From Candidatus Saccharimonadota bacterium (lineage in GTDB: Bacteria; Patescibacteriota; Microgenomatia; UBA1406; GWC2-37-13): a DNA stretch of 32,000 bases. Below are positions 24,481 to 32,000 of the stretch, piece by piece; the stretch's first letter is position 1, and each line of letters opens with the position of its first letter. Below the pieces are notes generated by a model. It was not told the origin of the DNA and did not search any database. It saw nothing but the letters and a program-made list of their open reading frames with translations. The stretch covers positions 1,260,001-1,292,000 of the forward strand of contig CP065004.1 of the NCBI GenBank assembly GCA_016700135.1. Reading direction: 5' to 3'. The position numbers and the translations under genes were made by a program.

Positions 24481-25459
24481 CATCATCCCGGACGATTTCG
24501 ATCCGCAGCAATTTAATGAAGCGGCACATCATCCTCTTCAGTCCTGGCAGTGGGGCGAAGCGAGGAAAAGCACAGGGACATCAGTTGTCCGTATCGGCGG
24601 GTTTGAAGAAAACAAACTTGAAGAAGTGTTTACAATGTCCTGTCATCCGCTTCCGAAGCTGCCGTGGAAGGTCGGATATATACCCCGTTCTCCGCTTCCG
24701 GGAGAACAGCTGGTCCAGTTTTTGAAAGAATACGCAAAGCAAAACTCAATTTTTTTTATCAAATTTGAACCTGATGTATGTAAAAATGATGCGAACAAGC
24801 TCCCGTCTGATCTTACAAAAGCTCCGCATCCTCTTTTCCCGGCCTGGACTCAAAAACTTGACCTGACGAAATCTGAGGATGAGCTGATGAAGCAGCTGAA
24901 ATCCAAAACCAGATATAATGTCAGGTACGCAGAGAAAAACGGAGTTACGGTAAGGGAAGACTCAACCGATGAAGGATTTGCGAAATTTTCCAAACTGTAT
25001 TTTGATACCGTTGAAAGGCAAACATATTACGGACATAACCGTTCATATCACCAGAAGGTCTGGCAGGCCATGAAAAACGGAATCGCTCACATCCTGATTG
25101 CCGAATATCAGGGTGAGCCGCTTGCTGCATATGAACTGTTTTTCTTTGATCACAAACTCTATTATCCTTACGGGGGATCATCTGATAGACACCGCAACCT
25201 GATGGCATCAAACCTTCTGATGTGGGAGGCGATCCGTTTCGGAAAACGGATGGGAGCGACCGAGTTTGATATGTGGGGTTCCCTTGCTCCGGATTATGAC
25301 AGAAGCAAATCGTGGGCTGGTTTTACCCGTTTTAAAGAAGGATACGGAACTGAATTTTATCAGTTCCAAGGGAGCTATGATTTAGTCGTAAACCCTGTCA
25401 TATATCCTGCCTACACGGTTGTATATGCCATTCGGGACTTGATTCTGAAGCTCACATAA
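24470..25459 (+). CDS. FemAB-family aminoacyl-tRNA-dependent peptidoglycan peptide-bridge transferase
   Basis: LQSWQWGE, KSKTRYNVRYAEKNGV and YGGSSDRHRNLMASNLLMWEAI..GK..G...FDMWG are FemX/FemAB-like motifs. Confidence 0.75.
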   Translation: MKYNIIPDDFDPQQFNEAAHHPLQSWQWGEARKSTGTSVVRIGGFEENKLEEVFTMSCHPLPKLPWKVGYIPRSPLPGEQLVQFLKEYAKQNSIFFIKFEPDVCKNDANKLPSDLTKAPHPLFPAWTQKLDLTKSEDELMKQLKSKTRYNVRYAEKNGVTVREDSTDEGFAKFSKLYFDTVERQTYYGHNRSYHQKVWQAMKNGIAHILIAEYQGEPLAAYELFFFDHKLYYPYGGSSDRHRNLMASNLLMWEAIRFGKRMGATEFDMWGSLAPDYDRSKSWAGFTRFKEGYGTEFYQFQGSYDLVVNPVIYPAYTVVYAIRDLILKLT

Positions 25460-25481
25460 CCCATAATGAAGATACCCTATC

Positions 25482-27051
25482 ATGAAACGCTTCGTGCAAA
25501 AAAAATATATCATCATTGTCTTATTAATCCTTCTGTTCTTCTCCCTCTTACTAATAAGCAAGTCCGCATACGCATATTCGCTCAGCAACAACAAGGCACT
25601 TTGAACTTTTCTCTTCCGACTGATGAACCTGCCCCTTCATCCTCAATCGTCCAGTATACCGAATCACTTGAAAGCGGTGTCCGGCAGGTAGATTGGGTTT
25701 ATGACAATATGGGCAGATGCTGGAATGCGTGGAGTGCACCGTCATGCGGTCTGCAGCAACATGAAGGAGGCGTCGTCATTCCCGCTATGCAGGATCTTGA
25801 TCATGACGGAGATCCGGACATCTCATGTTCACAGGGGGGGACAGAGCAGGGCACAACGGTCACAAACACTTCAGACAAGCCGATCACCTTGAGTTGCGAA
25901 CGATACGTATGTACAGCCTGTGCGACCGGTGACGGTATTCATGCACAGTGTGACGGCGGTACGGATCCCAATGCCGAACGTATTGTCGAATCGGTTACCC
26001 CACTCCGGGATGTACTGCGACCTGTACAATGAACGGAGTTTACGGAAGCTGTTTACCGGACCGTGCACCTACAGTACCGGCCGAACCTACTTAGACTCCA
26101 ACGGAAGAACCTGATGAACCGACTTCTGCACCGTCACTTACCCTTGCACCCTCTGCCACACTCATGCCGACTGCAACAACCGCTCCCACATCTACAAATG
26201 CACCTTCAGCGACCACTGTCCCGACATCCCGGCCGACAACTGCTTTATCCCCGTCGCCTACCATTGCCGAATCGAGAGGGCTGCATTTGCCTGTTGCAAT
26301 AGATTACAGCAGTTACAACGCTTCATACAATCAGTATCCGCCGACTTACCTGTATGCCATGATGAACCGTTCATACAATGCGCAGCAGACACAGAGAGGC
26401 ATTCAGGGGCTGACCGGAATTCAGGGAAATGTCGTAAAAATGATCATGATTTCAGAGTACAGTGGTCTCGAACAAATTCTGACAAATCACGGCGAGGAGC
26501 TGAGAGCAGCCGGAGTCACGTGGGTAGGATACAATGCCGAGCGGGACGGCAGAACTCCTGAGTCTGAACTGCAGAATATCTTTTCTCCGAATGCTACAGT
26601 CAATGTAATAAACAGAATGGGAAGACTGACGGAACAGCACGGATTTAAGCTGATGCTCGGACCTGTCACGCCTATGTGGAATGAGTTCTTCAACCGTTCC
26701 GATAAAGACCGTGTAGCTGATGCTATGTTCGGTAATAATTGTTATCTTGACGGTGTCGCATTCCAGTAGCAAAAACAAATCAGCCGTACAAACAAAGCGG
26801 AACGGGCAGGCATCATTGCTGAGAGGACGTCTTTTTTCCGCGAACATGCCGAGGGATGTCAGAATTTTGAATCAATGGTGCAGATCATGTCTTCCTGGTG
26901 TCAGCAAAATGCTTCATGGGAAGAATGCAGAGGATATTATCATTTACTGAAGGATTTGGACGGGGCTTCAGAAGTCAATTCCATCGCGATCTGGGCAAGC
27001 GGTGATGAACGGAATGACCTCCCCGAATTCATTGAGTTTTTGCGGCAATAA
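25482..27051 (+). pseudogene. Disrupted gene for a secreted protein: signal peptide, Cys-rich module, Pro/Thr-rich linker and a TIM-barrel-like (glycoside-hydrolase-like) domain. It carries two -1 frame changes and two in-frame TAG codons
   Basis: The signal peptide MKRFVQKKYIIIVLLILLFFSLLLISKSAYA is in the frame of 25482 and stops at a TGA at 25602. The body continues in the frame of 25466-26032, then in the frame of 25954-27051. In that last frame the only stops are TAG at 26092-26094 (inside the P/T linker) and TAG at 26767-26769 (inside DGVAFQ*QKQ). Confidence 0.5.
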
Positions 27052-27052
27052 C

Positions 27053-27637
27053 ATGGATACATATTTAACTATAATTCAGTACCAGTCAGAAGCAGATCAG
27101 GTAATGCTGGTCAAAAACAGCAGTAACATTTTTTTCTATGAAGAAAACCCTGAAACGGGAATTAATGTCATGATAGCAGTTGTCGATTCCAACCAGCTTG
27201 CTGCTCTTCTTGCTAAAGGATACATTGTCCCGACAGTCACACAATCTCCCAATATGAATAATTATGACCTTATTCAGCTCGACTATAAGGGACAGGAATC
27301 CTTTTATGCCAAGGCCGGTGATGTGTTCCTTATTTCGGATACTATTGCCCTTGTCCGGTATGATGAGGGGATTTCTAGACAACAAATAGGAGAAAGTGAG
27401 GATTCGGCAATCATACCTTTTATTGATATAAGAAAGGATCTTGCTGAGAAGAATAATATTACGGAAACTGAACTGGCAAATGAAGTGATAACTCCTTCCG
27501 TTTCTCCGGCTCCCGCTGCGGAAAAAAATCAGTCTAGTGATGTGAGTTACGTGTATATCGGAGCAATAATCATTTTCGTATTACTGATTGTTATTGCTTT
27601 CGTCTATTATCACAAGACGAAAGCAACGGACAATTAG
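27053..27637 (+). CDS. Hypothetical protein with a single C-terminal TM anchor
   Basis: The ATG at 27053 lies 1 nt after the TAA of the upstream reading frame. The C-terminus is ...SPAPAAEKNQSSDVSYVYIGAIIIFVLLIVIAFVYYHKTKATDN, and there is no N-terminal signal peptide. Confidence 0.5.
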   Translation: MDTYLTIIQYQSEADQVMLVKNSSNIFFYEENPETGINVMIAVVDSNQLAALLAKGYIVPTVTQSPNMNNYDLIQLDYKGQESFYAKAGDVFLISDTIALVRYDEGISRQQIGESEDSAIIPFIDIRKDLAEKNNITETELANEVITPSVSPAPAAEKNQSSDVSYVYIGAIIIFVLLIVIAFVYYHKTKATDN

Positions 27638-30096
27638 TTTACTTTTTCTTCTTTCGGAAGCGAAAGATGTGCATGTTCAGGAAACTCTTTCTTCTTGTTC
27701 GGGAATACAAGTGCTTCCTGCAAAACATCGTCAATTTTCTTGGCAAACACGAAGTGAATATCTTTCTTCACCTTTGCCGGAATATCAACAAGGTCTTTCT
27801 TGTTTTCTTCCGGAACAATGACCGTCTTGATCTGTGCACGGTGTGCGGCAATAACCTTTTCTTTCAAACCGCCGATCTCAGTGACACGACCGCGAAGAGT
27901 GATTTCCCCGGTCATTGCAACATCACGTTTGACCGGAATTCCGGTCAGAGCCGAGACGATTGAGGTCACAATTGCGACACCTGCCGACGGACCGTCTTTC
28001 GGGACAGCTCCTTCAGGTACGTGTACATGGACATCCGTTTCCGAAAAGAATTTCCTGTCAACTTTGAATGTGTCCCACCTGGCACGGATATAGGTTAGCG
28101 CCGCTTGACAGGATTCTTTCATCACGTCACCGAGATTCCCGGTGAGAGTAAGGCTTCCTTTTCCGGGCATTGTGGAAACTTCGATAAAGAGAATATCCCC
28201 TCCTGCCTGCGTCCACGCAAGACCTGTTGTAATCCCGACCGTATCTTTCTCTTCAATCATCTGAGAAGAATATTTGTACGGTCCGAGATATTCCTGAATG
28301 TCGTTTTTACCGACTGATACTTTTTTATTATTTGTTTTATTCTCAACGATCTTACGGGCAATCTTCCTGAAAACGGTTGCAATTTGTCTTTCCAACTCAC
28401 GTACTCCTGCTTCCCGTGTGTATCTTCTGACAATCATCTCAAGCCCCGAGTCAGTGACCGCAACCTTCTTTTCAGGAATGTGATGGGCACCTCTCTGTTT
28501 CGGAATCAAATAATTTTTGGCAATACTGAATTTTTCATCTTCTGTGTAGCCTGCAAAATGAATGATCTCCAATCTGTCACGGAGAGCCTCCGGAATGGTA
28601 TCCAGAATATTGGCCGTTGTGATAAAGAAAACATGTGAAAGATCAAACGGCACTTCAAGATAATGATCTGAAAATGAGTGATTCTGTTCAGGATCCAATG
28701 CTTCAAGAAGTGCTGCCGAAGGGTCACCCCGGTAATCACGACCGATCTTATCGATTTCATCAAGCATAAAGACCGGATTGTTCGTCCCTGCCTGTTTGAT
28801 TCCCTGAATCATACGCCCGGGCAATGCGCCGACATACGTCCTTCTGTGACCGCGGATTTCCGCTTCGTCACGAATCCCTCCCAGTGAAATTTTGACAAAC
28901 TCACGTCCCAGTGCACGTGCAATAGAGCGACCGAGAGATGTTTTTCCGACACCCGGCGGTCCGACAAAACAGAGAATTGACGGCTGACTTTCTTTCTTGT
29001 GTACGGTAAGTTTATCTTCTTCCTTTCCTTTTGATTTCGCTTTTTTCTCATCCTCCTCCATTTTCTCAAGCTTCATTACGGCCAAAAACTCCAGAATTCT
29101 CTCTTTTACCTTTTTCAAACCGAAATGATCTTCATCAAGAATTTTTTCCGCAATCTTAAGGTCAATATTCTGTTCTGAAGCCCGTTTCCATGGGATTTCC
29201 ACCAGCCAATCAAGATAAGATCTGATATAGGATGCTTCCGGATTAAATTGAGACATCTGCGAAAGTTTCTTTAATTCTTTCATTGCCTTCTCACGGACTT
29301 CTCTCGGCATTTCCGCTTCTTTGATTTTACGTTTGTATTCATCAACTTCCTGATTGTCGCTCTTGTCACCCAGTTCTTCCTCTATTGTCTTCATTTTTTC
29401 CCGAAGGAAGGTGTCGCGCATATTTTTCTCAAACTTCTTCTGCGTCTTGTTGGAGATATTGTGTTCAAGTTCAAGGACTTTGATTTCTTTATTGATAAAC
29501 TCAACTTCCATTTCAAGTCTTTTTTTCAGTACCGTTTCCTCAAGAAGTTTCTGCCTTTCTGAAGTTTTGATATCAAGTACCATTGCGACCTGATTGGAAA
29601 AATTCAGCGAAGACTGAATATTGAGAATATTCATCAGAAATACGAAATCAATCGTCTTCCCGAGATTGATGGCTTTTTTAATCTGACTTGAAATGTATTT
29701 TACTACCGCAAGTACCTCCTCGCTTTCCGTTGCTTCATCTTCAATGACACTGATATCTCCCATAAAATAAGGCACGGATTGCGTAAATTTCTCGACTTTT
29801 ACTTTTTGCAGACCTTTGACCAAGGCATTGATCTGACCTTTGTCTCCCGTTGCCACTTTGTCAATCTGAGCAATGACTCCGATGTCGTACAAATCTTCAG
29901 TAGAAGGATCATCAATTTCCATCTTTCTCTGCATGACAAGAACGACTTTTTTACTGTCATCCATCGCCTTTTTCATGGCCTCTACGCTCTTGTCGCGGCC
30001 GAAGACAAGGACATTTTCTGCCGAAGGAAACACGATACCGTCACGGATTGCTATGATAGGATAATTTTCTGTTTTTTTCTTTTGTATTTCTAACAT
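27634..30096 (-). CDS. lon: ATP-dependent Lon protease (LonA type)
   Basis: 820 aa with an N-terminal LON domain, Walker A GPPGVGKTS, Walker B FMLDEIDK, and a protease domain with PKDGPSAG (catalytic Ser). Confidence 0.95.
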   Translation of the reverse strand: MLEIQKKKTENYPIIAIRDGIVFPSAENVLVFGRDKSVEAMKKAMDDSKKVVLVMQRKMEIDDPSTEDLYDIGVIAQIDKVATGDKGQINALVKGLQKVKVEKFTQSVPYFMGDISVIEDEATESEEVLAVVKYISSQIKKAINLGKTIDFVFLMNILNIQSSLNFSNQVAMVLDIKTSERQKLLEETVLKKRLEMEVEFINKEIKVLELEHNISNKTQKKFEKNMRDTFLREKMKTIEEELGDKSDNQEVDEYKRKIKEAEMPREVREKAMKELKKLSQMSQFNPEASYIRSYLDWLVEIPWKRASEQNIDLKIAEKILDEDHFGLKKVKERILEFLAVMKLEKMEEDEKKAKSKGKEEDKLTVHKKESQPSILCFVGPPGVGKTSLGRSIARALGREFVKISLGGIRDEAEIRGHRRTYVGALPGRMIQGIKQAGTNNPVFMLDEIDKIGRDYRGDPSAALLEALDPEQNHSFSDHYLEVPFDLSHVFFITTANILDTIPEALRDRLEIIHFAGYTEDEKFSIAKNYLIPKQRGAHHIPEKKVAVTDSGLEMIVRRYTREAGVRELERQIATVFRKIARKIVENKTNNKKVSVGKNDIQEYLGPYKYSSQMIEEKDTVGITTGLAWTQAGGDILFIEVSTMPGKGSLTLTGNLGDVMKESCQAALTYIRARWDTFKVDRKFFSETDVHVHVPEGAVPKDGPSAGVAIVTSIVSALTGIPVKRDVAMTGEITLRGRVTEIGGLKEKVIAAHRAQIKTVIVPEENKKDLVDIPAKVKKDIHFVFAKKIDDVLQEALVFPNKKKEFPEHAHLSLPKEEKVN

Positions 30097-30173
30097 ATTC
30101 GTATGTTTTTTTGCGTATAAAAGTTTGTAATTTTTTCGGAATATTAGCAGTATAGATTATCGATTGCTAAATG

Positions 30174-31256
30174 TCAACTTTCTGTATGAGTTCCATACAT
30201 ATGGCACTCTTTTAGTAAAATAGATAATAGGTAATCCATAGGTGAAATATTGTTCAGGCTTTTGTGAACTCGCTTTGTATTGTACCAGACGAGGTATTCA
30301 ATAAGGTGACGATTGAATGATCCGATACCGGTCCACTTGGTATAGATGTAGGGGTTCATAAATTCTTCCTGGAGTGTTCTGTTTGCTCGCTCAATAAAGG
30401 CATTGATCTTGGGACATCTGGGGTAGATAAAGAGGTGTGGGATATTGTTTTCTTCCAGATAGTCATGGAAGTTTCCCAGATACTCGAGGCCGTTATCTGT
30501 TTGTATGGTTTTATACCATCTTGTATTGGGTATACTAGTTCCAGTCTTCTCATAAAATCAGCACCGTTTCGGCTGTTGAGTTTTGAGTATCCGTAGGAGA
30601 ACTGGAATTTGAGTTTGATGTCCACTGCATTGAAGACATACAGCTTGATTCCGTGTACAAACTTCGTGATGGTATCAATCTCAATGTATCCGGTATCTTC
30701 CACCTTGGGAGACCGCTTGACCTTCTGTCGGTACTTTACTTTCCGTTTTGCAAAGCCACTTGCTGGATTGTGATAGATCCGGTAGGTCTTGCGCTGCAGG
30801 TTGTGTCTTTTGATCACTTTTCCAATGGTTGACTCAGATATAGTTGAAATTCCTTCCTGTAGGCAATACTCATCAAGTAAGGGCTTGATCTTCTCCTTTC
30901 CCAAACAAAAGTATTGTTCTCGAATCTCTTTGATAAAGGATATGACCTTCGGGTGAGTCTCCATACGTCGGGGTGTCTTTGGCTTGGTTGTCTCTGGTAT
31001 CAGGCTATCCAACTGCCCTTCTGAATCTCGCCGTCTCTTCCTCCATCGAAACAATGTCCTTCGTGATATCCCATATGCATCAACTGCAGCTTGTATCCCG
31101 TACTTCTCTGCAAATGTCAGAACATCGTTTCTGATTTGTGCTACATCTGACTGATTGTAGTCTGATAGAGATCGTATCTTTTTTCATAAGATCTCTATTG
31201 TACTGCCAGTCATAACTCCTAATTACTCGAAGCTGATCTCCTCCCCATTTACTCAT
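30174..31256 (-). pseudogene. Frameshifted IS481-family transposase gene
   Basis: Relative to copy 1: A5 becomes A6 just after the MKK codons (+ strand T-run at 31175-31180), and A5 becomes A4 in GGTATAAAAACC (+ strand T-run at 30510-30513). These split the ORF into pieces, including 30356-31054 and 30174-30359. Confidence 0.75.
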
Positions 31257-31301
31257 AGATGTTAGTTCCCTATGAGTGCCATATCTTTCGTAACTTATTC
31301 A
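30183..31301 (-). mobile_element. IS481-family insertion sequence, copy 2 (1119 bp, inverted relative to copy 1), flanked by the 5-bp direct repeat CTTTC
   Basis: Over the parts I compared, it matches copy 1 from end to end. CTTTC occurs at 30178-30182 and at 31302-31306, immediately outside the ends. Confidence 0.85.
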
Positions 31302-31347
31302 CTTTCCTAGAAAATGATACCAGAAAAATGAAGATTTAGAAGGGAGA

Positions 31348-32000
31348 TTACACGAATTCGTTCCCGAATTTTTCAAAATCCGTAAACCGCTTCCGAAGCG
31401 TCAGAGGCTCAGCCAGTTGAGGTATCTGCTCATGGTATGCGGGACGTTCAGATTTGTAGAGAACACCCAGCGGAAACTTCTCCTCTAGAACTTCCATACT
31501 TTTATTCACTGCTTCGACAGCATTTGTCGGATCGTATGTTTCGTCAAGCTTGTATGTCTTCTGCAAATAATACTGATAGGTATTTACTTTGTTAAATGTC
31601 ACACACGGCTGAAGGATATTGACCAGTGAAAATCCTTTGTGTGAAACCGCTTGCTTGATCAGATCAATCACCAGACGTGCATCACCGGCAAACCCTTGTG
31701 AGACGAACGTGGCTCCCTGAGTGATAGCAAGTGCAAGAGGATTGACGCATTGTTCGATGATTCCGTGCGGAGTCGATTTTGACTTGAAACCTTTCTCGGC
31801 TGTAGGTGCGACCTGTCCCGTCGTCAAACCGTATACCATATTGTCATGTACGATGACGGTGATGTCATGATTTCCGCGACAGGCGTGCAGCAAATGGTTT
31901 CCGCCTTCTCCGTACAATCCTCCGTCGCCGCCTATTGCTATGACCGGCATATCGGGTCTGGCGACTTTCATACCGATTGCCGATGCGATCGCCCGTCCGT
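31348..32000 (-). CDS. 2-oxoacid:ferredoxin oxidoreductase beta (TPP-binding) subunit; the 5' end is outside the window
   Basis: IAIGGDGGLYGEGGNHL...NHDITVIVHDNMVYGLTTGQ is the TPP-binding GDG...N motif region of KorB/PorB-type subunits. The reading frame stays open to the window edge. Confidence 0.8.
   Translation of the reverse strand, partial: GRAIASAIGMKVARPDMPVIAIGGDGGLYGEGGNHLLHACRGNHDITVIVHDNMVYGLTTGQVAPTAEKGFKSKSTPHGIIEQCVNPLALAITQGATFVSQGFAGDARLVIDLIKQAVSHKGFSLVNILQPCVTFNKVNTYQYYLQKTYKLDETYDPTNAVEAVNKSMEVLEEKFPLGVLYKSERPAYHEQIPQLAEPLTLRKRFTDFEKFGNEFV

Noticed and set aside
25599-25605. CTT TGA at the end of the signal-peptide frame resembles the prfB programmed +1 frameshift site (CUU UGA).
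   Set aside because: A +1 shift leads to a frame that terminates after about 6 codons (GAA CTT TTC TCT TCC GAC TGA). The continuing frame requires a -1 shift, and no slippery heptamer is present for that.
26063-26302. A 79-aa ORF rich in Leu/His/Pro/Gln, and ORF 26720-26950.
   Set aside because: They are off-frame translations of the Pro/Thr-linker and TIM-barrel-like regions of the disrupted gene.
26092-26769. The two in-frame TAG codons as evidence for stop-codon reassignment or a non-standard genetic code. TGA recoding was also considered.
   Set aside because: TAG terminates other plausible genes here (ORFs 27002-27637 and 13894-14196, and the IS1595 transposase). TGA cleanly terminates pnp, metG, udp, the GT2 gene and one GT4 gene. 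All housekeeping proteins are full length under the standard bacterial code.
10577-30182. The segment between the inverted IS copies as a mobile composite transposon or genomic island.
   Set aside because: Its cargo is dominated by core genes (lon, rarA, tRNAs, the envelope operon). Copy 2 has its own 5-bp duplication and copy 1 has none, which does not fit a single composite transposition event.
1-32000. CRISPR arrays, rRNA genes, prophage structural genes, and recognisable toxin-antitoxin or restriction-modification genes.
   Set aside because: I saw no arrays of regularly spaced short direct repeats, no rRNA-like conserved blocks and no matching protein motifs. The only long repeat is the IS481-family pair.

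Overview
The window looks like a small, gene-dense bacterial genome. Gene content suggests a Patescibacteria/CPR-type organism: a YerC/TrpR-like protein, GT39 and FemAB-type envelope genes, salvage-type metabolism, and no obvious Shine-Dalgarno sites. This placement is inference only.

Layout, left to right:
- ftsK (partial), pnp and rpsO on the minus strand.
- A membrane protein, metG, a class A PBP, dtd and a small ORF on the plus strand, then yerC on the minus strand.
- A 1119-bp IS481-family element (9458-10576).
- An orphan terminator/attenuator-like leader.
- A 715-bp IS1595-family element with a 7-bp target duplication.
- A PRTase-like / HAD-IIB / uridine-phosphorylase module.
- Two small membrane ORFs, rarA, rmlC and a stand-alone riboflavin kinase.
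- A tRNA locus.
- A seven-gene envelope glycosylation/FemAB operon (17.2-25.5 kb).
- A decayed secreted-protein gene, a tail-anchored protein and lon.
- A second, inverted, frameshifted copy of the IS481-family element (30183-31301).
- A partial 2-oxoacid:ferredoxin oxidoreductase beta subunit.

The most unusual signal is at 16927-17109 (minus strand). A complete tRNA(CAT) gene sits inside the anticodon loop of a second, paralogous tRNA gene. The two halves of the outer gene still match each other perfectly, and two short complementary arms flank the inner tRNA.

Other points: -10-like hexamers lie 6-10 nt upstream of many start codons, suggesting leaderless mRNAs. PNPase carries an Arg/Gly-rich C-terminal tail. 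No CRISPR array or rRNA gene was seen.
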